Below, one piece after another: positions 1-7,954 of a stretch of 25,925 nucleotides of DNA. Each line of letters starts with the position of its first letter. The first letter of the stretch is position 1. The stretch is from contig JBAXWY010000042.1 of the NCBI GenBank assembly GCA_037128175.1, positions 1 through 25,925 on the forward strand, in the 5' to 3' direction. The translations under genes and the position numbers were made by a program. This stretch comes from Methanothrix sp. GTDB lineage: Archaea; Halobacteriota; Methanosarcinia; Methanotrichales; Methanotrichaceae. The notes under the pieces were generated by a model. It did not search any database. It was given only the letters and a program-made list of their open reading frames with translations, and was not told the origin of the DNA.

Positions 1-18
1 AGACGGTTTCCTGTCCAT

Positions 19-38
19 CCCCGCAGCAAGCTGCGGGG
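19..38. mobile_element. GC-rich palindrome, probable IS200/IS605-type subterminal hairpin or REP-like element
   Basis: CCCCGCAGC-AA-GCTGCGGGG is a perfect 9-bp stem at the window edge. It resembles HUH-transposon end hairpins, but no transposase is visible. Confidence 0.45.
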
Positions 39-213
39 TATTCATTAAAAATAAAGCCCTGCCAAGCCCACAAACGGCTGCCCGCATGGGCACAAGTGCA
101 CCCGCATGAGCGCACGCATGGCTCCCACTGCGTTCCTGCAATTGCTCCGATTCCAACAATTGGCGGCCACTGAAAGCTTCGCCAATGGATTCGTTCTTGC
201 AGCACAAAACACG

Positions 214-230
214 GCAAACTGTTTATATAA
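214..230 (+). promoter_or_regulatory. Archaeal BRE/TATA promoter
   Basis: gCAAACTg-TTTATATA (TATA at 222-229) upstream of the 347..568 ORF. Confidence 0.5.
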
Positions 231-346
231 TCATTATAGATAAGGGGCGGTTGGAGGTTGGAGGGAAAGGCTATTAGAGCATCGTCCACCACCTGGGAAG
301 GCTCGGCCAAAGACACCTGGCCTGGCCGATGGAGCTCTGAAAAAAA

Positions 347-568
347 TTGGCTAAAAAAGCTAAGCATAGTGATGCCATCATGACCGGCATTCTCGTTACC
401 AAATTCAAAATGGGCCAGATCGATGTCGAGGACCTGGTGCAGATGGCAGCCGATGCCACCAAGGTGGAGAGGTGCTCGGCGGCAAAGAAGGTTCTGGAAG
501 CGGTGAGGGACTCGCCCGACTTTCTGCGCCAAGAAGCCCTGCTGGCAAACCGAGAGGAATTAATTTGA
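347..568 (+). CDS. Small hypothetical protein (73 aa)
   Basis: TTG start, coding-like codon usage, upstream TATA box, fills the gap convergent with the IorA-like gene. Confidence 0.55.
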   Translation: MAKKAKHSDAIMTGILVTKFKMGQIDVEDLVQMAADATKVERCSAAKKVLEAVRDSPDFLRQEALLANREELI

Positions 569-642
569 GAACCGCGATAGGCAGCCATATCTGAAGAATT
601 GCAAATGAGAAAGCCTTCCACCAGCGAAACGCCTTCTCTATA

Positions 643-2103
643 CTATTTCTTGGTTGCTTGCTTCGTGCACTTCCCCAATGCCACCAAGACCAAAATCCCT
701 GGTCTCTTCAGTCCTTCCCTGAGCACCTGCTCCACCTCTTCCTCAGAAACGGGCAGCTCCAGGCGGCGCGTCGGCACCAGCGCCTCCACCAGCTTTGTCA
801 GGTCAGGCGCTTCCTGCCCGCCTGTCATGGCCGCCACATCGTTCTTGAGGACGATGACGAGAACATCGCGCTTCTGCCAGATGGCATTGATCAGCCCCAG
901 CAGGCCCGAGTGGGCCAGAGCGTAGTCACCCACCACGGCTATGCCCTTTTTGGCAAAACCCGAGGCGACTGCAATGGACGAGCCCAGACCGTAGACCACG
1001 TCCACCGATTGGTAGGGCTCGCGTGTGGCGCGGATAGCGCAGCCCGCATCCCCGGCTACGGTGACATCTACTTTGCCCAGCGCCCGGAAAAGGGATATGA
1101 AAGGACAGCCCTCACAAACGCCCACGTAGCCCCTTTCTGCCAGGCTCTCGTAGACCTCTGGCTTTTTCTCCGGCGTCTCTTCCAGACCATCCAGCGCCCG
1201 GATGATGTCTGCCCTCTCCAGCGGCCCGCGGGGCAGATGGCCGGTGAGCTTTCCTCGCACTTTAGGGCTCAACGCCATCTGCGACTCAATGAAGGGCTCC
1301 GGCTCCTCTGCCACCAGGATAAGACGATGACCATCTATGAAGCGGCGCAGGAGCTTTGCAGGCAGAGGATTGCTGTAGCCTAAAGAGAGCAGCGAGACTC
1401 CCAGGCCTTCGGCCAGAGCCGCCGGGCGGCCGCCGGCGATGATGCCCACATCACCGAAGATCTCCAGCTTATTCAGGGTCGTGGACTCCGACGCATCCTC
1501 GGCAAAGGCCAGGATTCTGTCATGATGTCTCTCATGCCGCCCGCGCATGGTCAAATCCCAGCCTTCCCTCTCGAACTGCTGGGCTGCACCTTTGCTGGGC
1601 TGAGGCTGAGGCAGAATTTCCGATCCTTTGTCGGCCAGAAGACTCCAGGTGACCCTGACGATGACCGGGATCTTCAGCCGCTCAGAGAGTGTGTAGCCTT
1701 CCAGAATAGATGCGTGCAAGGCGGCCGGGCTGCTGGGATCGAGCACAGGCAGCTCTGTAAGCGGACCGTAGAATCTGCTGTCCATCTCTGCCTGAGAGCC
1801 CCTGGGGCCCAGATCATCTCCGGCGATGATTACCAGCCCCGATCCGATGGTATGCGTGGCAGAGATGACCAGCGGATCAGCCAGAAGATTCATGCCCACC
1901 TGCTTGACGATGACCAGGGCACGCAGGCCCGTAGCTGACGCCCCCAGGGCTATCTCCATGGCCACCTTTTCATTAACTGAGATCTCGGCCCCGAGCGCAG
2001 CCGCCAGATCGGTAATAGGATAGCCGGGAACGTAGGTTCGAATTTCGACACATGCATCCTTGGCCGCCAAAACCAACGCATGCAGGCCGTTCATGGACTT
2101 CAT
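643..2103 (-). CDS. ThDP-dependent enzyme, indolepyruvate:ferredoxin oxidoreductase alpha (IorA)-like
   Basis: YVPGYP, NEKVAMEIALGAS, KQVGMNLLADPL, GDD..SQ.E.D, CEGCP, GDAGC and the ThDP motif GDYALAHSG...N. No C-terminal ferredoxin motif. Confidence 0.85.
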   Translation of the reverse strand: MKSMNGLHALVLAAKDACVEIRTYVPGYPITDLAAALGAEISVNEKVAMEIALGASATGLRALVIVKQVGMNLLADPLVISATHTIGSGLVIIAGDDLGPRGSQAEMDSRFYGPLTELPVLDPSSPAALHASILEGYTLSERLKIPVIVRVTWSLLADKGSEILPQPQPSKGAAQQFEREGWDLTMRGRHERHHDRILAFAEDASESTTLNKLEIFGDVGIIAGGRPAALAEGLGVSLLSLGYSNPLPAKLLRRFIDGHRLILVAEEPEPFIESQMALSPKVRGKLTGHLPRGPLERADIIRALDGLEETPEKKPEVYESLAERGYVGVCEGCPFISLFRALGKVDVTVAGDAGCAIRATREPYQSVDVVYGLGSSIAVASGFAKKGIAVVGDYALAHSGLLGLINAIWQKRDVLVIVLKNDVAAMTGGQEAPDLTKLVEALVPTRRLELPVSEEEVEQVLREGLKRPGILVLVALGKCTKQATKK

Positions 2104-2999
2104 AGAATTGCTGGCACAATGGACTCATCCGGCTGGGCGCAAAAAGGCAATGCCGCCACAGCTCCAATCAATCCCTGGCCGTTCATTATGATCTGAACTC
2201 CATTCTCCCGCGCCGCATCCAGAGCATCCTCGTACTGCACCCTCTCTTTCTTGCACCTTCGGCCAAAGGCCAGAAGCGAGGAAGGATCAAAGTCCCGGAA
2301 GACAGCCATGCCCGTCTGCTCGGAGACGGAGTACTTCCTTAGCAGTGCTTTGAAATCAGAGAGCATGGCTTCTGCTTGGCCGGGCAGGCAGGCGAACTCT
2401 ACTACCGTGGAGACGCAGTTCTGGGTCTTTGTCGGCACGGGAAAGAGCTGTACCAGGGAATGAGACATATAGCGTGCCATAGGTCGATCAACCTTCCGAG
2501 AGATGTTGTGAATAAGGGACCATGTCGCTCCTTCAGTTTTGGAATCAGTATCATCAACTCCAATGATCAGCCTCTCTCTTCTGGGTAAAACTATGGTGCC
2601 GCGGGCGACACGCCCTCCGCCGCACTCCGTTACATCATAGCGCAAGACGTCCTCCGCCTTTGCACGAGAGAGGGTAGCGCCAACGCCGCCCCCGCCTAGA
2701 CCGGCATAAGTCACCTCCACCTCCTTGCTGTTGACTATTACCGACTCGATGCCCGCCGATCTCTTGGAGGAGACAAGATCCAAATCGACCTTGCCAGGTG
2801 TTATCATATATCGGAACCATTCGCCCAAATTGCGGGAGTTTTTCACCAAAGGACCATTCGAGTAATGGTATCTGGCCCAGGCCGATCCACCATAGCAACT
2901 GGAGCGCTCCATGAGTTCCACCCGGCTTCCCTCATCATCAACTACAGCGTGGATCTGCTTGTAGACCACAACGTACGGATCTTCTAATTCAAGCGGCAA
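2100..2999 (-). CDS. mmp11: Methanogenesis marker protein 11 (DUF1743/TiaS-related C-terminal domain)
   Basis: SCYGGSAW, TYAGLGGGGVGA, IGVDDTDS.TEGATW, VQLFPVPTKTQNC and GLIGAVAALPF motifs. Stop overlaps the next start (ATGA). Confidence 0.85.
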   Translation of the reverse strand: MPLELEDPYVVVYKQIHAVVDDEGSRVELMERSSCYGGSAWARYHYSNGPLVKNSRNLGEWFRYMITPGKVDLDLVSSKRSAGIESVIVNSKEVEVTYAGLGGGGVGATLSRAKAEDVLRYDVTECGGGRVARGTIVLPRRERLIIGVDDTDSKTEGATWSLIHNISRKVDRPMARYMSHSLVQLFPVPTKTQNCVSTVVEFACLPGQAEAMLSDFKALLRKYSVSEQTGMAVFRDFDPSSLLAFGRRCKKERVQYEDALDAARENGVQIIMNGQGLIGAVAALPFCAQPDESIVPAIL

Positions 3000-3026
3000 G
3001 TTTCATTCCTCGGCTAAATTCTTAAA

Positions 3027-4316
3027 TTAACTCTTGATTACATCGAGGCTCTTCATATACTCTCTCAATACTACTGTGGCATAGCTTCCTTTGGGCAGAA
3101 CGAACTGCAGCTCTGCTCGGTTTTCCTCTACAGTGATTTGCGGTTTGACAGGGCATTGGGCAGCGCGCCTTGTGCCTCTTGAGCCCAGGTCCAAATTTTC
3201 CGGAATATTAAAATTCTCAGGTGAAATGCCTTCTGCCCTGAGGATAGACCTCTCTATTTCACCCTGTGTGCCTTCCGCCAAAATTGTCTCAAATCCGATA
3301 AGAGGAAGAGTGAGAAATGCTCTGCCCCTCCCGGCCAGCCGGTCTATGGCTTCCAGGTTTTCAGTGGTTACTTTCTGCACTTTATCCATATTAGGCATGC
3401 CGTCTTTGGCAAAGCAGACCACATCGCCCACCAATGCCCGATGCAACGGCATTGCAGCAGCCAGACGGCAACTGAGAATCCGATTGAAGAGATAGGACTG
3501 GTAAGCATGTACAAAGAGTCGCTTTAGATTGACGGAAAGAACATCAAAAGAATGAGCATAATCGCCAGGATGTTCCACCAAAAAGTTTAGCATGGCCACC
3601 TCGTAATGCAGGTACTCTGGGAACTCCTTTAGGGCAGCAGGAATGTCTCGATTGACCCAAAGCTTTTCCCGGGCCTCTCTCGTCCTATCCAGCTCGCCGG
3701 GAAAAGGCAGAGCCAGATAGATAAAGACCGCTTCTTCGATATTGCCTCTTGCCAGAGCCTCGCCTACTTTATGGGTGACTGGCCTGATGTCCCCGAACCT
3801 CTGCACACCGAAGTAGTTGGGAACGCCCCTTTGCTTCTCGATCTCCTCGGTGATGCCAGTCATTCGGACGGCAGGATCTGGGCAACCTAGCTCTCTAATC
3901 GTGATGCGAAAACTATTGCCCAGTAGATCTCCCAGGCCCACGGCCCGGTTTGTCCTGCCGAGCACCTTTATTTTCAGATCAGGCAAGTTAATCTTTGTGA
4001 GCTCCGACTCATCCAGGTTCATGATGCTGATGCGCTGGCTTGTTACCGCCCTTTTGTCTTTGGTGCCGGCCCAGCCGAATCTCTTCTGGCTGATACGAAG
4101 CTTTCTGGCCATCTCCCGGATGAGGTGATGCATATCCCAGTTGGTCTTCTCCACATCTAAGACCAGATACCTTCCGCCTTCGTAGCCCAACTCTTCGAAT
4201 ACCTCAGAAACTTGGAAGTCCTCCGCACAGCTCTTGAGGACACCCCCACAGCCAGAGCTGTCTGTGATGTAATAATCCATGCCCAAGGCACGGTCCCGAT
4301 CACTTGCCGAAATCAT
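3027..4316 (-). CDS. truD: tRNA pseudouridine(13) synthase TruD
   Basis: EDFQVSE, WAGTKDKRAVTSQ (catalytic Asp), GNSFRITIR, PNYFGVQRFG, HAYQSYLFN, FVLPKGSYATVVLRE. Confidence 0.96.
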   Translation of the reverse strand: MISASDRDRALGMDYYITDSSGCGGVLKSCAEDFQVSEVFEELGYEGGRYLVLDVEKTNWDMHHLIREMARKLRISQKRFGWAGTKDKRAVTSQRISIMNLDESELTKINLPDLKIKVLGRTNRAVGLGDLLGNSFRITIRELGCPDPAVRMTGITEEIEKQRGVPNYFGVQRFGDIRPVTHKVGEALARGNIEEAVFIYLALPFPGELDRTREAREKLWVNRDIPAALKEFPEYLHYEVAMLNFLVEHPGDYAHSFDVLSVNLKRLFVHAYQSYLFNRILSCRLAAAMPLHRALVGDVVCFAKDGMPNMDKVQKVTTENLEAIDRLAGRGRAFLTLPLIGFETILAEGTQGEIERSILRAEGISPENFNIPENLDLGSRGTRRAAQCPVKPQITVEENRAELQFVLPKGSYATVVLREYMKSLDVIKS

Positions 4317-4350
4317 TCACGCCTCGGAGATCAAAATGTCATCATGCGCA

Positions 4351-4704
4351 TCAGACAAGCTTGAGCTTGCTCGTCACTTTGTCCATCAACTTTCCGCGAG
4401 CCGGACCCAGGCCCAATGCAGTTATGGTACCGGCAGGAATCTCGGTCAGCCCGGCATCGGCAACAATGGCACAGGCTATCCCCGCCCTCTCTGCGTCCTC
4501 TCGCAATCGGAAAAGGTCGGGCACTCCCGGTACCTTCAGGACAACCTTTTTTTGGCCCTCGGCCTTCCATTCCGAGACAGTAGACCGGTCCATTTTTTCA
4601 GCTCTTTCCACTGCCATAACTGCAGCATGGGCCACCTGCACTGCCAGCTTTCCCGCCGAGAGCTTCAGATCCTCTCTAATCACAATGCATTGCTTGAACT
4701 CCAT
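4351..4704 (-). CDS. pth2: Peptidyl-tRNA hydrolase Pth2
   Basis: KQCIVIREDLKLSAGKLAVQVAHA, GQKKVVLKV, DAGLTEIPAGTITALGLGP. ATG at 4704 chosen because of the upstream GAGGT SD. Confidence 0.95.
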   Translation of the reverse strand: MEFKQCIVIREDLKLSAGKLAVQVAHAAVMAVERAEKMDRSTVSEWKAEGQKKVVLKVPGVPDLFRLREDAERAGIACAIVADAGLTEIPAGTITALGLGPARGKLMDKVTSKLKLV

Positions 4705-4763
4705 AAGATGTAACCTCACTTACAAAAATGTGCTAAAAAGGTGAAGGAAAAGAGGCGAGAATG

Positions 4764-6089
4764 CTACGCCTCTTTGGTTAGAACCTTAACGCAGGAAGGG
4801 CTCTTGGCAATATTTCCCATCTTGGCGCCGATGAGATATTCCAGGCCCTTATCCGCAGCTATGTCTAAGATGCGCTGCGTTACGACTCCATCGAAGATCA
4901 CGCCGTTCACGTCCCCATTTGTTTCCTTCAGCTCTCTGGCCAGATCTCTTACTGCTACTTCCCGGAGGACATTTTGATTCCGATCCATTATCCTGGCACA
5001 AAGAGTTCCATCCAGTTCATCTACATGCTGTCGGAACCATTCTCTCTGTGGCTCGGGCTCAGGAACCGGTTCAGGAGCCGCTACAATTACTTCTTCAATT
5101 ACTGGGACAGGGACGGATTTGGGCACGACTTCGCGAGGCACGACCCGACGCGGCGCGATAGCCTCGGCCCTCTCCGCCGTGTTTCGCACGCAGAAGGGCT
5201 TCTCGCGAATGAGGCTCTTTCTCTTGGTGGTGATCTCACGCCTTTTCTTTGGTTGGTTTTTGATCTTATATTGATCCAGCACCTGCTCCACAGGGATCTT
5301 CTGGCGCAGCGCCCGGACAATCTCTTTTTGGGTCATGTCCTCTACGCTCTTTCCCTCCGGAGCCCTGGCCACAAAGTCGATGTCTGCTACCTGAAGAAGC
5401 TCTTTAATGATCAGCTCTCCGCCCCGGTCGCCATCAGTGAAAGCGGTAACGACCTTCTTAGCACACAGATCGGCGATGGTTGGCGGCACATTGGTTCCGC
5501 CCACAGCCACGGCATTCTTGATGCCGTACTTGAGCAGATTAAGCACATCCGCCCTGCCCTCAACCACAAGAATGGCATCGGAGTCCAGTACATTGGGACC
5601 GGCAGGCAAGTTGTCTTTGCCCAGGTGAGTTATCTCCTCCACGCGAACGGACTGCTTTATCTCCTCGGTGATCTCTTCCGTCTCCAGGATGTTCTCGTCG
5701 AACATCTCCACCAGGATGCGCTTGGCCCGTTCTATGACATATCTCCTCTTGGCGGCGCGCACATCTTCGATGCGATTTACAGCGATGCGAGCGATGCAGG
5801 GTCCCACTCGGTCTATGGTCTCCAGGGCAGCAGCCAATATGGCCGTCTCGACCTTATCAAAGCTGGAAGGAATGGAGATGGTGCCGCTGGACTTTCCGCC
5901 GCTGGATGTAATCTGGACGTCGATCCTGCCTAACCTTCCCGTTTTTTGGAGATCCCTTAGATCGAGGTCGCTTCCCAGAAGGCCCTCGGTCTGGCCGAAG
6001 ATGGCGCCAACCACGTCCGGCCGCTCCACTATCCCCTCCGCCGTTATATCCGCATAAATAACATATTTAGTTGTATCAACATTTTGCAT
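4764..6089 (-). CDS. dnaG: Archaeal DnaG (TOPRIM primase-like, exosome-associated)
   Basis: [50 protein letters not shown] at 6089 has a GAGGTG SD. Confidence 0.95.
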   Translation of the reverse strand: MQNVDTTKYVIYADITAEGIVERPDVVGAIFGQTEGLLGSDLDLRDLQKTGRLGRIDVQITSSGGKSSGTISIPSSFDKVETAILAAALETIDRVGPCIARIAVNRIEDVRAAKRRYVIERAKRILVEMFDENILETEEITEEIKQSVRVEEITHLGKDNLPAGPNVLDSDAILVVEGRADVLNLLKYGIKNAVAVGGTNVPPTIADLCAKKVVTAFTDGDRGGELIIKELLQVADIDFVARAPEGKSVEDMTQKEIVRALRQKIPVEQVLDQYKIKNQPKKRREITTKRKSLIREKPFCVRNTAERAEAIAPRRVVPREVVPKSVPVPVIEEVIVAAPEPVPEPEPQREWFRQHVDELDGTLCARIMDRNQNVLREVAVRDLARELKETNGDVNGVIFDGVVTQRILDIAADKGLEYLIGAKMGNIAKSPSCVKVLTKEA

Positions 6090-6499
6090 ATAAGACACCT
6101 CTTATTTTAAAATAGATAGATAAAATTCACACTCAAACCCAAAGAGCCAAAGCTATCTGCGGCCTACCGAGGCCAATTCGCGACTCATTGTCGCAATTGT
6201 AGCCATGCCGTATTACAGGCAGGCAGTAAGCAGTGAATGATGGTGAATATGAGGTTCATCTAACTATTTCAGTGTCCATTTACCAATATCATGGAGCATC
6301 TGATAGAAATGCCCACACATGAGCCATTTTATCCCCACTTAGCTGGCATCTCATCGCCCAAAGTTCCACTCAGGGCTTAATTATCATGTGATTTGTTGCT
6401 CAAATGCGTGCTTCTACCACTTAAAATTGTACGAAACTAGTTTAAGAACCTTGTGGTGGATATAGAGTCTGCAAACTTAATCCCGATAGAAAAAAGTTA

Positions 6500-7537
6500 C
6501 TACAAGACTATGAATCCATCCGCTGTTCTTACTACCTTTACCTCTTCTCCGGGCTCAACCTGCAAATCCCTGGGACGAGCCGCGAAAGCTGTCCTGTAAG
6601 TCTCCGGGTCCATGATCTCCAGAACGTCATCATCTTTGGATATCACAGTCGCTGCTATAGCATCAGCAATATTACCCAAAATCGCTACAGTCTCTGAATC
6701 CTCCTCGTTCATGGAAGACCTGCGGCGCTCTCGAAGGGAGGAGATGAGCGTCGCTTTGCCGTCAAAGCCGGCCACAGAGAAGAACGATCCCCGGAAAGAT
6801 ACAATGTCACCTCGCTTAAGTCTTGGGAACCTGATCAACAGGGTAGAGCGGTACACATTGCGGCTGTCCTTTTTGCCCACCAGCTTGGCAGTTTCCAGGA
6901 GCCTGCCGCCAAAGCGCTCGACAAATGCACGGGCCATGCGTCTGCCTAGCTGCGTTGAGCCCAGGATGATATCCAGGCCGCCTTTGACCTCCTTCATCTC
7001 CTGGATAAAGGATAGATGATCTCCTCCGCGATAGCCGGAGTCGGCCATATCCTGGGCAGTCTTCTTGCCCTCTTCAATCTGTCTCTCTGTCATGGATCGG
7101 ACGGTATTTCCGCGTAGCTGGACTGTGGACTGAAAGTACTTGCCTGCCATGCGGCTACAGCGATCGCAGGCCATCAGTTTAATGCGGACAGGAATTTCGC
7201 ATTGCTCGCTTACGCTCTGGCCCATGAAACTGCCGTTGATATTGATTTTTGCCAGATATCGGGTGGCTCCAACTTTTCGGAGGTCAAGCTCAATCTGCGG
7301 CTCTGCCAGCTCTTTATGAAGGCAAAGTGCATCTATTGCCGCTTGATGGGCCTGCTCCTCCACAGAGCGGCTGTCTGGAAGCTGCCACCTGGCTTTTGCC
7401 TGCCGGGCGCCGCAAACGGAACAGATGACCACCTCGACCTGGTCGGGACAGATAACCATCTTTGCTTTTTCCAGGGTGCATTGTCGGCAGAGCCCTTCAT
7501 CAGTTGGCAGGCCGCACCGGTGACAGATGGCTTGCAT
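6500..7537 (-). CDS. nmd3: NMD3 family ribosome biogenesis protein
   Basis: Four CxxC pairs (CHRC, CRQC, CSVC, CDRC), YFQSTVQLRG, GGLDIILGS. Start ATG 7537 overlaps the DUF424 stop. Confidence 0.9.
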   Translation of the reverse strand: MQAICHRCGLPTDEGLCRQCTLEKAKMVICPDQVEVVICSVCGARQAKARWQLPDSRSVEEQAHQAAIDALCLHKELAEPQIELDLRKVGATRYLAKININGSFMGQSVSEQCEIPVRIKLMACDRCSRMAGKYFQSTVQLRGNTVRSMTERQIEEGKKTAQDMADSGYRGGDHLSFIQEMKEVKGGLDIILGSTQLGRRMARAFVERFGGRLLETAKLVGKKDSRNVYRSTLLIRFPRLKRGDIVSFRGSFFSVAGFDGKATLISSLRERRRSSMNEEDSETVAILGNIADAIAATVISKDDDVLEIMDPETYRTAFAARPRDLQVEPGEEVKVVRTADGFIVL

Positions 7538-7827
7538 CACATTCTCACCATCTGAGCGTAAAGAACTCCATTGATGGAGAGGACACAATCTCTCTCCACG
7601 TAGCCCAGGGAGATGGCATGCTCGACTGTTTTGCAGCCCACGAAGTTGGCCATTGTTGCCGCAGCGAGTGCCGCTTCAACCTCGGTACTAGAGGCCTTTT
7701 CGCCTCCAAAAAAATCAGGGCTGACATCTATGCACAAATGGCCCTCGGAAAATTTCTTTCCCATGATATCGCAGTCACAGACTGCAATGAGGGTATGTGC
7801 TCCATGTTGGTGGCTTTTCAAATACAT
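7537..7827 (-). CDS. DUF424 family protein
   Basis: LIAVCDCDIMGKKF...FFGG...ANFVG...VEHAISLGYV. Start probably ATG 7827 (alternatives up to 7872). Confidence 0.88.
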   Translation of the reverse strand: MYLKSHQHGAHTLIAVCDCDIMGKKFSEGHLCIDVSPDFFGGEKASSTEVEAALAAATMANFVGCKTVEHAISLGYVERDCVLSINGVLYAQMVRM

Positions 7828-7954
7828 CTCTTTCCTTTCCGTCTCTTCAGGCATATCGGACATGGCAATCATGATGAATTAGTTTATTGGCTCTTATTTG
7901 CCGTTTTTTAGTTTCCGGCTCTATGAGATACCACGATCATTCCTTTGCTTGTAT

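Noticed and set aside
78-122. Three CGCATG-containing repeats
   Set aside because: Short, irregularly spaced, with no spacer structure; not a CRISPR array or recognisable element.
262-325. Cobalamin-riboswitch-like words (AGGGAA, CTGGGAAGG, ACCTG)
   Set aside because: The core T-loop/P4-P6 elements and spacing are missing. Kept only as an unclassified structured leader.
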